The notes beneath the pieces were generated by a model. The model was not told the origin of the DNA and made no database searches. It saw only the letters and a program-made list of their open reading frames with translations. Positions 16,106 through 30,459 of a DNA stretch of 64,000 nt are shown here, piece by piece; position 1 is the first letter of the stretch, and each line of letters opens with the position of its first letter. The stretch comes from Prorocentrum cordatum (lineage: Eukaryota). The stretch spans positions 868,001-932,000 of the forward strand of contig CAUYUJ010000225.1 in the NCBI GenBank assembly GCA_963575745.1, given 5' to 3'. Both the position numbers and the translations under genes were made by a program.

Positions 16106-17322
16106 ACCGTAGTTGTAGTCGTAGTCGTAGTGGTGGTCGTGGTCGTAGTCGCAGTAGTAGTGGTAGTAATGGTACGCAAAAATGCAATCCGCGAGCGGGC
16201 GGGCCCCTCGGCATGTGAGATGGCGCACGCCTGTAGGCCAACCAACAAACCAACCAACCAGCTAGGCAGGCAACCAACCGGCCAACCAGCCAGCGAGCCA
16301 ACCAAGCAGCCAACCAGCCAAAGAACCAGCCAGCCAGCCAACCAGGCCACCAACCAACTGCCAACCAGTTACGAGGGGGCGGAGCGTGCCGAGAGGCATC
16401 TCTGAATAGAACTGGCGGTGGCGGCGCGCAAAAATGCAATCCGAGAGCGGGTTTTTGTTCGCCACGGCGGCGAGCGGTTGTCCACGCGGGCAGCTGCAAG
16501 GTATCCAGAGCCTGCCGTGGGATACTAGCCTGCCGTGGGATACTAGCCGCCTCTGCTGCCGGGGATGCGTGCAAACGCGCCGAGCATCCCGCTTCCCCCT
16601 GCATCCCGGTGTTCTGGTTGTACAACATGTGAAGAGCCGTAAACTCTCGGAGGAATCCAAAGGAATTCCGAAGGAGGAATCCAAAGGAATTCCGAAGGAG
16701 GAATCCAAAGGAATTCCGAAGAATTCCGAAGGAACCCTAAGGAATTCCAAAGGAATCCTGAGGAATTCCGAAAGCATCCTGCGGAATTCCGAAAGCATCC
16801 TAAGGAATTCCGAAGGAATCGTAAGGAATTCCGAAGGAATCGTAAGGAATTCCGAGGGAGTCCTAAAGAATTCCGAAGGAGTCCTAAAGAATCCTGAGGA
16901 ATTCCGAAGGAGTCCCAAAGAATCCTGAGGAATTCCGAAGGAGTCCTAAAGAATCCTGAGGAATTCCGACGAATTCGAAGGGATCCGGAGGAATTCCGAA
17001 GATCCCATCCGTGGTTGGAATTGGTCTCATTTTTGGTTGGGTTGGGATTGGTCTCATTTGTGGTTGGAATTGGTCTCGTTTCTGGTTGCAATTCGCTCCG
17101 AACGGTTGGAATTGGGACTAGTCGGTTGTAATTCGTTCCATTTCGGGTCCGGACCCCCCCCCCTTCAAGGGAGGGGGGAAGGGGGGTTTTGGACCCCCCC
17201 CCCTTAAGGGGGGAATGGGGGGGGGCTCCGGACCCCCCCCCCTCCTTGAAGGGGGGGGGGGGGGGTTTCTAGACCCCCCCCCACCCTTTAGTGTATTCAG
17301 GGAGATCCACTGGCACACTTTC

Positions 17323-20300
17323 CTTGATGTACCGTGCCGAGGGCTGTGCTGTGCTGCACCGTGATGAATTGCGATGTGCCATGCCGCGATTGTGCTCTAT
17401 AGCGTCGTGGATCGAGTCCTCCTTTGCATCCGAGTCCTGACCGAACTGATCTGGATCTTAAGCTCGAGCTGCCCGAACACATAGTAGCTGCCCCAGAGCT
17501 AATTGACAGGGGGACATGCCAGGAGGACCCGCCGCGAAAGTTCTGCAAAAAAAGCGTTTCGCTCGAGACATCCTCGCAGCGGCTCGCTCGAGACATCCTC
17601 AAGACCTGGGCGCGTGAAAACAAGCATTTCACCTGAGACATCCTCTGAATTCTGGTCCAAACGAAAATGCTTACTTTACCCTGTGTTTTCCCGATCGGAA
17701 TTTCAAAAACAACAGCGTTTCGCTCGGGACATCCTCAAAGCTTAGTTCTGCCGGCTCTACGCGACCTTGATATGTACCGCCAATAATTCCGCCGGCACTA
17801 CGCCCGTCGATTCCAAGGGCAGACTCCTAAAAGACAACCCTGGGCCCACGCCCTTTCCGGGAACTGGCGTCTCTCTCTCTCTCTCGAGAGAGAGAGAGAG
17901 AGAGAACAACAAAAAAAAATCCTCAACAAATCCTCGTGTTAGACATTCGCCTGGGCGACCTGGACATGTGAAACCAAGCGTTTCGCTCAACACATCCTTA
18001 ACACGTCTTCATGCTAGACATCCGCCTGGGCGACCTGGACGCGCGAAAACAAGCGTCTCTCTCTCTCTCTCTCGAGAGAGAGAGAGAGAGACATCCTCGA
18101 CACATCCTGATGCTAGACATCTGCCTGGGCAACCTGGAGACGTGAAACCAAGCGTCTCGCTCGAGACATCCTCAAGACCTGGGCACTTGACAACAAGCAT
18201 CTCACCTGAGACATCCTCTGAATTCTGGCCCCCAGGACAGGAACGACCTATAGCACAAAACAAACGTTTCGCTCGAGACATCCTCAACACACTATGAAAA
18301 ACAAGCGTTTCGTTCGAGACATCCGCAACAAACAACATGATCGGCCCACGAACCCGGAAAGGAAGATAGAAATGTAACGCATGGCAACGTTTTCAAAGAC
18401 ACCTGATTGGGTGACGGGCCAAGTTGCAATGCTGAGTGTCTCGATCTTGATGTACCCTGCCGAAGTCTGTGATGTGCTGCGCCGTGCTGAATTGCTATGT
18501 GCCATGCCGCGATTGTGCTCTATAGCGTCGTGGATCGAGTCCTCCTTTGCATCCGAGTCCTGACCGAACTGATCTGGATCTTAAGCTCGAGCTGCCTGAG
18601 CACATAGTAGCTGCCCCAGAGCTAATTGACAAGGGGACATGCCAGGAGGACGCGCCGCGGAACGTACCAAGGGACGCGCCAAGCGGCGTGCCAGGGGACG
18701 TGCCATGGGGTCGCACCGCGGGACGTGCCAAGGGGACGCGCTACGGAACGTGTTGGGGACAAGCGTTTCGCTCGAGACATCCTGTCAACATCCTCATGCT
18801 AGACATCCGCCTGAGCGACCTGGGCATGTGAAACCAAGCGTTTCGCTCAAGACATCCTCAACACATTCTCATGCTAGACATCCGCCTGGGCGAACTGGAC
18901 ACGTGAAAACAAGTGGTTCGCTCGAGACATCACTTGAAAACAAGCGTATCTCTCGAGACATTCTCAACACATCCTCATGCTTGGCATCCGCCTGGGCAAC
19001 CTGGACACGTGCAAACAAGCATCTCGATCGAGACTTCCTCAACACATCCTCATGCTGGACATCCGCCTGGGCGACGAGGACGCGTGAAACCAAGCGTCTC
19101 GCTCGAGACATCCTCAACAAATCCTGGCGCTAGACCTCTGCCTGGGCAACCTGGAGGCGTGAAACCAAGCGTCTCGCTCGAGACATCCTCAAGACCTGGG
19201 CACGTGAAAACAAGCATTTCACTTGAGAGATCCTCGGAATTCTGGCCCCCCAGGAGAGGACAATCTATAACACATAACAAGCGTTTCGCTCGAGACATCC
19301 TCAACAAATTCAGAAAAACAAGCGTTTCGCTCGAGACATCCTAAAATTAGTTCCGCCGGCCCTGGGCGACCTTGTTATTTATCGCAAGATAATTCCGCTG
19401 GCCCTACAGCCGCCGAAACCGGGGGTAAACATACTAAAAGAGAACCCTGGTCCCCTGCCCTTTCCGGGAAAAAAGCTTACATCACCCTGTGTTTTATCGA
19501 CTGGACTTTCAAAAACCAGCGTTTCGCTAGGGACATCCCCAAAAGTCAATCCCGCCCGCCCTACGCGACCTCGTTATTTATCGCAGAATAATACCGCCAG
19601 CTCTATACAAGTTGAGGCAGGGGGGACCCCCCTAAAAAACAAACCTGGGCCCACGCCCTTTCCGGGAACATGATCGACCCACGAACCCGGAAAGGAAGAT
19701 AGAAATGTAACGCATGGCAGCGTTTTCAAAGACACCTGATTGGGTGACGGGTACATGCAATGCTGAGTGTACCGATCTTGATGTACCGTGCCGAAGTCTG
19801 TGCTGTGCTGCGCCGAGCTGAATTGCTATGTGCCATGCCGCGATTGTGCTCTATAGCGTTGTGGATCGAGTCCTCCTTTGCATCCGAGTCCTGACCGAAC
19901 TGATCTGGATCTTAAGCTCGAGCTGCCTGAACACATAGCTGCCCCAGAGCTAATTGACAGGGGGACATGCCAGGAGGACGCGCCGCGGAACGCCTCAAGG
20001 GACGCGCCAAGCGGCGTGCCAGGGGACGAGCCATGGGGACGCACCGCGGGACGTGCCAAGGGGACGCGCTACGGAACGTGCTGGGGACAAGCGTTTCGCT
20101 CGAGACATCCTGTCAACATCCTCATGCTAGACATCCGCCTGAGCGACCTGGACACGTGAAAACAAGCGTTTCGCTCAACACATCCTCAACACACTCTCAT
20201 GCTAGACATCCGCCAGGGCGAACTGGACACGTGAAAACAAGTGGTTCGCTCGAGACATCCTCGACACATCTTCATGTGAGACGTCCGCCTGGGTGACCTG

Positions 20301-20982
20301 GGCACGTGAAAACAAGCGTTTCGCTCGAGACGTTTTCAACACCTCCTCATTCTAGACATCCGCCTGGGCGACCTGGACACGTGAAAGCAAACGTCTCGCT
20401 CGAGACATCCTCAACACATCTTCATGTTAGACATCCGCCTGGGCGACCTGGACACGTGAAAGCAAGCGTATCTCTCGAGACATTCTCAACACATCCTCAT
20501 GCTTGGCATCCGCCTGGGCAACCTGGACACGTGCAAACAAGCATCTCGATCGAGACTTCCTCAACACGACATCCGCCTGGGTGACGAGGACGCGTGAAAC
20601 CAAGCGTCTCGCTCGAGACATTCTCAACGAATCATCATGCTAGACATCTGTCTGGGCAACCTGGACGCGTGAAACCAAGCGTCTCGCTCGAGACATCCTC
20701 AAGACCTGGGCACGTGAAAACAAACATTTCACTTGAGAGATCCTCGGGATTCTGGCCCCCAGGAGAGGACAATCTATAACACAAAACAAGCGTTTCGCTC
20801 GAGAGGTCCTCAACAAATTCTGAAAAACAAGCGTTTCGCTCGAGACATCCTCAAACATTGTTCCGCCGGCCCTAGGCGACCTCGTTATTCATCGCAAAAT
20901 AATTCCGCCGGCCCTACAGCCGTCGAAACCAGGGGTAAACAGCTAAAAGAAAACACTGGGCCCCCGCCCTTTCCGGGAAAAA
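17323..20982. mobile_element. Continuation of the HINE-like composite repeat array
   Basis: Same internal units and 75-bp minisatellite. Left ends at ~18334 and ~19667; right-end motif GCCCTTTCCGGGAA at ~17850, ~19457, ~19655 and ~20966. Confidence 0.65.
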
Positions 20983-21585
20983 ACATTGCTTGTTCCTTGG
21001 GTGTTTGAATTATTTTGGCGTTTCCGCATTTTGGGAATCTCGGGGGCTCATGACGGCCACAGTAGCCTCCAAGATGGTCCCCATGCGGCCCACGAGGGCT
21101 CCAAGACGGCCCAAGAGCACCCCAAGATAGCTCAAAGAGGCCCTTAAGACAGTCCAAGAGGCCCTGAAGACGGCTCAGGACGACCCCAAGAGAGCCCCAA
21201 GGCGGCCCCGAGATACCCCCAAGACGGCCTCCGACGGGGCCAGACGGTGCAAAAGCGCCCCAAGACGGCCCAAGACGCCCCCACGAGCCTCCAAAGAGGC
21301 GCCCAAGGACCCCAAAGGCCTCCAGGAAGCCTCCAAGAGGCCCCCATGAGGCCCCCAGGAGTCCACGCAACGACGACTGGACTGTGCGTGGTCCGGACGT
21401 GCACACCGGGAAGCGAAAGGAATACTCTGCATACTAGTCTGGCGATCAAGGCTCTGCTTACTGGATGGCGGCAAGCATCTGCACTGCCTCTGCACGGCGC
21501 TCTGCACAGGATCGGCGGGTGAGATAAAGGGATGCACATTAGACACGCCAAGGCGCCATGCAATTGGTGGTACAGCAGTCACAGT

Positions 21586-21659
21586 GCCCTCCTCCTCCTA
21601 CTCCTCCTCCTCCTCCTTCTTATGCTCCTCCCTCTGCTCCTCCTCCTCCTCCTCCTCCT

Positions 21660-21744
<85 letters not shown>

Positions 21745-22311
21745 GTCATCATCATCATCATCGTCATCATCATCAGAAGCAGCAGCACCATCATCATCGT
21801 CATCATCATCAGCAGCATCAGCATCAGCATCAACAGCAGCATCATCACCACCACCATCACCACCATCACCATCATCATCGTCATCAGCAGCAGCAGCAGC
21901 AGTATCAGCATTGTCATCATCCTCCTGACCCTCATCCTTATCCTCATCCTCATCCTCATCCTCATCATCATGGTCAGCATCATCAGCATCGTCAGCAGCA
22001 GCAGCAGAAACAGCAGCAGCATCAACATCATTATCATCGTCATTGTCATAATCATCGTCCTCGTCATCACCATCACCATCACCGTAACCGTCGCCAGCAT
22101 CACCACCATCATCATCAGCAGCAGCAGCATCCTGATCCGCATCCTCCTCATCATCACTATCACCATCATCACCATCATCACCAGCATCCCCATCAGCATC
22201 ATTATCACACTCATCACACTCAGCATCACCATCATCATAATCATCATCATGATCATCATTATCACAATCGTAATCATCATCATCATCCTCATCATCATTA
22301 TCACAATCGTC

Positions 22312-22357
<46 letters not shown>

Positions 22358-22985
22358 CCATCATCATCGTATGATCATCGGCATTAGCATCATCATCCCC
22401 ATCATCATTAGCATCATCATCACAATCATCGTCATCATCATCATTACCATTATCCCGCTCCTCCTTCTCCTCCTACATGTCTGAAGCTGGTGGCCCGAAG
22501 GTCGCAGGCAGCAGCCTTTGTGCAGCCGACAGGCAGACAATCCAGGAGGAGGCGGAGGACGAGGAGGAGGAGGAGGAGGAGGAGGAGGAGGAGGAGGAGG
22601 AGGAGGAGGAGGAGGAGGAGGGAGGGGAGGAGGAGGAGGAGGAGGGGGGAGGAGGAGGAGGAGGAGGAGGAGGAGGAGGAGGAGGAGGAGGAGGAGGAGG
22701 AGGAGGAGGAGAGGAGGAGGAGAGGAGGAGGAGGAGGAGGAGGAGGAGGAGGAGGAGGGGGGTCCGCGCGAGCGGGGGACGTGCCGCCCTCGCCCGAAAG
22801 CTCTGGGCACACTGCGCTCGGAAATAGCTGGCTCGGCCCCGTGCGAGGACGGGAGCCGCTGGCTCGGCGCGGGCGAGGCGCGGTGCCGCCGCCGGAGACA
22901 GGGCCGTGGAGCTCAGCGGGCAGGCGGGGCCTCCTCCTCCTCCTCCTCCTCCTCCTCCTCCTCCTCCTCCTCCTCCTCCTCCCCG
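21586..22985. repeat. (CCT)n / (CAT,CAG)n / (GGA)n microsatellite cluster
   Basis: Visible triplet runs; the poly-I/H/M/E/R ORFs are artefacts. Confidence 0.9.
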
Positions 22986-23236
22986 CCGTCTGGCCCGCTG
23001 TGGCACTTCTCGCCCAGCCCTCCGGGCCAGCCACGGGCCGGCACCCCCCAGGGGCATGTCGGCAAACGGCTCGGGAGGATCGTTCCCGAGGAAGAGGAGA
23101 GAGGAAGAGGAGCACCACCAGCACTACTACTGCAAGTGCGCTGCGCATGCTCATGCACACCTGATGTCCACGTCTAACGGGGCCTTCCCCTCTTGAGACC
23201 CCACCCGCTGGCCTTTGGAGCTGCGTCCAGGGTTAG

Positions 23237-26200
23237 AAACATGATCGACCCACGAACCCGGAAAGGAAGATATAAACGTAGGGCATGGCAGCATTTTCAA
23301 GACACTTGTTTGGGCGACGGGCAATTACAACGTTGAATGTATCGATCTTGACGTACCGTGCCATGGGCTGTGCTGTGCTGCACTGCGCTGAATTGCAATG
23401 TGCCATGCCGCGATTGTGCTCTATAGCGTTATGGATCGAGTCCCCCTTTGCATCCGGGTCCTTAACCGAACTGACTGATCTGGATCTTCAACTCGAGCTG
23501 CCTGAGCACACAGTAGCTGCCCCAGAGCAAATTGACAGGGGGACACGCCAGGGGGACGCCCCGCGGACCGTCCCAAGGGACGCGCCAAGGGTCGTGCCAG
23601 GGGACGTGCCATGGGGACACACCGCGGGACGTGCCAAAAGGACGCGCTACGGAACGTGCCACTGCACATGCCACGGGACGCGCCAGGGGACGCGCCGCGC
23701 GACGTGCCAGGGGGACTCGCCACGGGACGCGCCACGGAACGTGCCAAAGAACGTGCCAAAATGGAAGGCTGAATGCATCGATCTTGATGTACCGTGCCAA
23801 GGGCTGTGCTGTGCTGCGCCGTGCTGAATTGCGATGTGCCATGCCGCGGTTGTGCTCTATAGCGTCGTGGATCGAGTCCTCCTTTGCATCCGAGTCCTGA
23901 CCGAACTGATCTGGATCTTAAACTCGAGCTGCCTGAGCACATAGTAGCTGGCCCAGAGCTAGTTGACATGGAAACGTGCGGGACGTTCAATCAACTCGAC
24001 CTCAAAATCCGACTCGGCTCCGAAAAGGAACGACACGAAACGGGGCGCAGGCTCACGGACGCGCCACATGATGTGCCAGGGGCGCATTAGAGGATGCGCC
24101 AGGGGGCGTGTCAGGATGCGCCAGGGGGCGTGTCAGGGACGTGCCCTCGACGTGTCAAGGACCTGCCACGAGACGTGCCAAGGCGCGTGCCATGGGGCGG
24201 CTAGAGGACGTCACGCCAAGGGAAATTGCAAGGGGCGCGCCACGGAACGGGCAGGGGAAACGCCTGGGGGCGAGCCAGGAAACGCGACAAAAGGACGAGC
24301 CAGGGAACGTGCCACGCCGAGTGGCGTGCTAGGGGACGTGCCAGGACACGTCACGCCAGAACGTCGCAAGGGACGCGCCAGGGGACGCACCAACGCGCCA
24401 GGCGACGCCCCACGGACGGGCGGGGTTGGACTGCGATGCACTTTACCGCGACAAGCGTTTCGCTCGAGGCATCCTCAACACATCCTCATGTTAGACATCC
24501 GCCTGGGCGACCTGGAAACGTGAAAACAAGCGTCCCGCTCGAGACTTCCTCAACACACCCTCATGTTATACATCCGCATGGGCAACCTGGACACGTGAAA
24601 CCAAGCGTCTCGATGGAGACATCCTCAACACCTCCTCATGCTAGACATCTGCCAGGGCAACCTGGACGCGTGAAAACAAGCGTTTCGCTCGAGACATCCT
24701 GTCCACATCCTCATGCTAGACATCCGCCTGGGCGACCTGGACACGTGAAAACAAGCGTTTCGCTCGACACATCCTCAACACATCCTCATGCTAGACATCC
24801 GTCTGGGCGAACTGGACAAATGAAAACAAGTGGCTCCCTCGAGACATCCTAGACACGTCTTCCTGTCAGACGTCCGCCTGGGTAACGTGAACACGTAAAA
24901 ACCTTATCGGCCCACGAACCCAGAAAAGAATCTAGAAACGTAGGGCATGGGAACGTGTCAAAGACACCTGATTGGTCGACGGGCAAATGCAATGCTGAAT
25001 GCATCGATCTTGATGTACCGTGCCGAAGGCTGTGCTGTGCTGCGCCGTGCTGAATTGCGATGTGCCATGCTGCGGGTGTGCTCTATAGCGTTGTGGTCGA
25101 GTCCTCCTTTGCATCCCAGTCCTGACCGAACTGATCTGGATCGTGAGCTTGAGCTGCCTCAGCACATAGTAGCTGCCCCAAAGCTAATTGACAGGGGGAC
25201 ATGCCAGCAGGACGCGCCGCGGAACGTCCCAAGGGACGCGCCAAGCGACGTGCCAGGGGACGTGCCACGGGGACACACCGCGGGACGTGCCAAGGGGACG
25301 CGCTACGGAACGTGCCACTGGACGTGCCACCGGACGCGCCAGGGGACGCGCCGCGCGAAGTGCCAGGGGGACTCGCCACGGGACGCGCCACAGAACGTAC
25401 AAGGTTGCAATGCTGAGTGTGCCGATCTTGATGTACCATGCCGAGGGCTGTGCTGTGCTGCGCCGTGCTGAATTGCGATGTGCCATGCCGCGATTGTGCT
25501 CTATAGCGTTGTGGATCGAGTCCTCATTTACATCCGAGTCCTGACCGAACTGATCTGGATCTTAAGCTCGAGCTGCCTGAGCACATAGTAGCTGCCCCAG
25601 AGCGAATTGACACTGGGACATGCCAGGAGGTCCCGCCGCGAAACGTCCCAAGGGACGCGCCAGGCGACGCGACGTGCCAGGGGACGTGCCATGGGGACGC
25701 ACCGCGGGACGTGCCAAGGGGACGCGCTACGTAACGTGCCACTGGACGTGCCACGGGACGTGCCAGGGGATGCGCCGCGCGGCGTGCCAGGGTGACTCGC
25801 CACGGGACGCGCCACGGAATGTGCCAGGGAATGTGCCAGGTTGCAATGCTGAGTGTATCGATCTTGACGTACCGTGCCGAGGGCTGTGCTGTGCATGGGC
25901 GACCTGGACACGTTCAAACAAGCGCTTCGCTCAAGACGTTCTCAACACATCCTCATGCTAGACATCTGTCTGGGAAACCTGGACACGTGCAAACAAGCGT
26001 CTCGATCGAGATTTCCTCAACACATCCTCATGCTAGACATCCGCCTGAGCGACCTGGACGCGTGAAACCAAGCGTCTCGCTCGAGATATCCTCAACAAAT
26101 CATCATGCTAGACATATGTCTGGGCAACCTGGACGCGTGAAACCAAGCGTCTCGCTCAAGACATCCTCAAGACCTGGGCACGTGAAAACAAGCATTTCAC

Positions 26201-27090
26201 TTGAGAGATTCTCTGAATTCTGGTCCCCAAGAAAAAACCTTCTATAACACAAAACATGCGTTTCGCACGAGACATCCTCAACACATTCGGGCAACACAAG
26301 CGTCTCGCTCGTGACATTCTCAAACTTTCATTCGCCGGCCCTACTCGACCTCGTTATTCATCGCAGATTAAATTCGCCGGCCCTACAGCCGTCGAGGCTG
26401 CGGGGGAAACCCCTAGAAGAGAGAACCCTGGGCCCACGCCCTTTCCGGGAACAAGCGTTTCGGTCGAGACGTTCTCAACTGCTCCTCATGCTAGACATCC
26501 GCCTGGGCGACCTGGACACATGAAAGTAAACGTCTCGCTCGAGACATCCTCGGCACATCTTCATGTCAGCCATCCACCTGGGCGACCTGGAAACGTTAAA
26601 ACAAGCGCTTCGCTCAAGACGTTCTCAACACATCCTCATGCTAGACATCTGTCTGGGCAACCTGGACACGTGCAAACAAGCGTCTCGATCGAGATTTCCT
26701 CAACAAATCCTCATGCTAGACATCCGCCTGAGCGACATGGACGCGTAACCAAGCGTCTCGCTCGAGATATCCTCAACAAATCATCATGCTAGACATATGT
26801 CTGGGCAACCTGGACGCGTGAAACCAAGCGTCTCGCTCGATCTGGGCAAATGAAAACAAGCATTTCACCAGGAGAGGAACAATCTATAACACAAAACAAG
26901 CGTTTCGCTCGAGAGATCCTCAACAAATTCGGAGAACAACAAGCGTTTCCCTCGAGACATCTTCGAATTCTTAATTCGCCGGCCCTACGCGACCTGGATA
27001 TTTACCGAAAATAAATCCGCCAGCCCTGCAGCCGTCGATTCTGGGGGGAACCCTCTAAAATAGAACCGTGGGCTCACGCCCTTTCCGGAC
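23237..27090. mobile_element. HINE-like composite repeat array
   Basis: Starts aaacatgatcgacccacgaacccggaaagg, contains several internal units and 75-bp arrays, ends gggctcacgccctttccgga. Confidence 0.65.
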
Positions 27091-27416
27091 ACAAAAAGCC
27101 CGTGATGCGAATCTGCACGCCCGTGGTGCTGCATCTGGAGCTAAGGAACAAGAGGATGTCTCTGGAGGTCCCAAGAAGTTCCAGAAGGTTTCTGGAAATC
27201 CCTGACTGGCTCTGGAGGTCTCCAGCGGCCTCTGGAGATGGAGGAAGTGGGGGAGTGACGGAGCCATGGGCTCCGGGAAGTGACACGGCACTCTCCCGAG
27301 ACAACCGATCGCCCCCGTCTCCCAAGGGGAGGGGGAGAGGGGGAGCGCACCCGCAGGTGCGAAGCACGCGAAACGGGCAAGGGCTAGGGTTGAGTCGGGC
27401 GTGTCCCCCTACATGA

Positions 27417-27514
27417 GAAGGCGAAAACCCACCCCCACCCCCAGTCCCGGCCCCTTGAATCGCCGGCTCGGGGATGGGCTACGGGACTGGGGGTGGGGGT
27501 GGGTTTTCGCCTTC
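27417..27514. repeat. Perfect 33-bp inverted repeat with 32-nt spacer
   Basis: gaaggcgaaaacccacccccacccccagtcccg (27417-27449) is the exact reverse complement of 27482-27514. Confidence 0.95.
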
Positions 27515-27540
27515 GGACTACAAGGAGATGCTCGATGAAA

Positions 27541-28747
27541 AACATGATCGACCCACGAACCCGGAAAGGAATATAGAAATGTAAGGCATTGCAACATTTC
27601 AAAGACACCTGATTGGGCGACGGGCACATGCAATGCTGAATGTATCGATGATGATGTACCGTGCCGAGGGTTGTGCTGTGCTACGCCGTGCTGAACTGCG
27701 ATGTGCCATGCCGCGATTGTGCTCTATATAGCGTTGTGGATCGAGTCCTCCCTGGCATCCGAGTCGCCACCGAACTGATCTGGAGCGTAAGCTCGAAATG
27801 CCTGAGCAGATGGTAGCTGCCCCAGAACTAATCGACAGACGGAACATGCCAGGAGGTCGCGCCGCGGAACGTCCCAAGGGACGCGCCAAGCGACGTGCCA
27901 GGGGACGTGCCATGGGCACGCACCGCGGGACGTGCCAAGGGGACGCGCTACGGAACGTGCCAATGGACGTGCACCGCGCGACGTGCCAGGGGGACTCGGC
28001 ACGGGACGTGCCAGGTGGACTCGCCACGGAACGCGCCAAGGAACGTGCCAAGGTGCATAGTTGAGTGTATCGATCTTGATGTACCGTGCCGACGGCTGTG
28101 CTGTGCTGGGCCGTGCTGAACTGCGATGTGCCATGCCGCGGTTGTGCTCTATATAGCGTTGTGGATCGAGTCCTCCCTGGCATCCGAGTCCTCACCGAAC
28201 TGATCTGGATCGTAAGTTCGAGCTGCCTGAGCTCAAGACGTTGTCAGCACATCCTCGTGCTAGACATCCGCCTGGGCAACCTGGACACGTGCAAGCAAGC
28301 GTCTCGCTCGAGACATCCTCAACAAGTGCTCATGCTAGACATCCGCCTGGGCGACTTGGACACGTGAAAACAAGCCTCTGGTTCGAGACATCCTCAACAA
28401 ATCCTCATGCTAGACATCTGTCTGGGCCACCTGGAGGCGTGAAACCAAGCGTCTCGCTCGAGACATCCTCAAGACCTGGGCACGTGAAAACAAGCCATCC
28501 ACTTGAGAGATCCTCAGAATTCACGTCCCCAGGAGAGGACACTCTATAACACAAAACAAGCGTTTCGCTCGAGACATCCTCAACACATTCTGAAAAAAAC
28601 AAGCGCTTCGCTCGAGACATCCTCAAATCTTAATTCGCCGGCCCTACGCGACCTCGTTATTTATCGCAAAAGAAATTCGCCGGCCCTACAGCCGTCAAAA
28701 CCAGGGGTAAACCTACTAAAAGAACCCTGGGCCGCCCTTTCTGGGAA
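27541..28747. mobile_element. Single complete HINE-like copy
   Basis: Left end aacatgatcgacccacgaacccggaaagg; right end ccctgggccgccctttctgggaa. Confidence 0.65.
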
Positions 28748-29196
28748 TTCCGACTACACGGGGATGCTCGATGAAAAATGAAAGTAGCCAGACAATGCCC
28801 CAGAATGGCAAATACTCGAAAAACAATCCCCCGACCATTTTTTGACTGTCTTTGGATATTCCCCCTGCAGAGCAACAGGCCCAGCTTCAGACCAGGGCCC
28901 ACCCAGAGTCGCCCCCGGGGCCGGGCTCCCCCGGGAACGCTCCGGGGCGCTCCTCGGTGACCCGTCCCCAGAGCACCCTGAACCCTCACCACCACCACCA
29001 CCACCCCCTGGCCCAAATCACGGCGGACCTATCTCGTGTACCCGACCTCGGGCGCAACGCCCCAACGATGGGTGCGGCGACCGAGCCAGGGCTGCCGTCC
29101 CGCTAACACCCCGCGTGGGGGGTGCAGGCGGTGACGCGCGCTGTCCCCGAACAGGCCAGCCTGGGCGTTGAACCCCAAGGGCGGGCGGGTGAGGCA

Positions 29197-30440
29197 GAAC
29201 ATGATCGACCCACGAACCCGGAAAGGAACCTAGAAATGTAAGGCATGACAGCGTTTCAAAGACACCTGGTTGGGCGACGGGCAAACGCAGTGCTGAGTGC
29301 ATCGATCTCGATGTACGGTGCTGAGGGCTGTGCTGTGCAGCGCCGCGCTGAACTGCGATGTGCCATGCCGCGATTGTGCTCTATACAGCGTTGTGGATCG
29401 AGTCCTCCCTGGCATCCGAGTCCTGACCAAACTGATCTGGATCTTGAGCTCGAGCTGCCTCAGCACATAGTAGCTGCCCCAGGGCTAATTGACAGGGGGA
29501 CATGCCAGGAGGTCGCGCCGCGGAACGTCCCAAGGGACGCGCCAAGCGACGTGCCAAGGGACGCGCCACGGGGACGCACCGCGGGACGTGCCGAGGGGAC
29601 GCGCTACGGAACGTGCCAATGGACGTGCCACGGGACGTGCCAGGGGACGCGCCGCGCGACGTGCCAGGGGGACTCGCCACGGGACGCGCCACGGAACGTG
29701 CCAGGTTGCAATGCTGAGTGTGCCGATCTTGATGTACCGTGCCGAGGGCTGTGCTGTGCTGCGCCGTGCTGAACTGCGATGTGCCATGCCGCGATTGTGC
29801 TCTATAGCGTTGCTGATCGAGTCCTCCTTTGCATCCGAGTCCTGACCGAACTGATATGGATCTTAAGCTCGAGCTGCCTCAGCACATAGTAGCTGCCCCA
29901 GAGCTAATTAACAGGGGAACATGCCAGGAGGTCGCGCCGCGGAACGTCCCAAGGGACGCGCCAGGCGACGTGCCAAGGGACGTGCCACGGGGACGCACCG
30001 CGGGACGTGCCGAGGAGACGCGCTACGGAACGTGCCAATGGACGTGCCACGGGACGTGCCAGGGGACGCGCCGCGCGACGTGCCAGGGGGACTCGCAACG
30101 GAATGTGCCAGGTTGCAATGCTGAGTGTATCGATCTTGCTGTACCGCGCCGAGGGCTGTGCTGTGCTGCGCCGTGCTGAACTGCGATGTGCCATGCCGCG
30201 ATTGTGCTCTATAGCGTTGCTGATCGAGTCCTCCTTTGCATCCGAGTCCTGACCAAACTGATCTGGATCTTAAGCTCGAGCTGCCTCAGCACAGAATAGC
30301 TGCCCCAGAGCTAATTGACAGGGGGACATGCCAGGAGGACGCGCCGCGGAACGTCCCAAGGGACGCGCCAGGCGACGTGCCAAGGGACGTGCCACGGGGA
30401 CGCACCGCGGGACGTGCCGAGGGGACGCGCTACGGAACGT
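29197..30440. mobile_element. HINE-like copy with about three tandem internal ~410-bp units
   Basis: Left end gaacatgatcgacccacgaacccggaaagg followed by repeats of the (c)aatgctgagtgt...gagctaattgacagggggacatgccagg unit. Confidence 0.65.
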
Positions 30441-30459
30441 GAAAGTGCGTGGCCCTTGC

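Noticed and set aside
18770..20730. 75-bp repeats as a CRISPR array or a 25-aa repeat protein (KTSVSLETSSTHPHARHPPGRPGHV)
   Set aside because: Units are contiguous with no unique spacers, no cas genes are present, and frames break at random.
21532..22484. His/Ile/Met-rich ORFs
   Set aside because: (CAT)n microsatellite; the same applies to 35449-36609 and 42047-42822.
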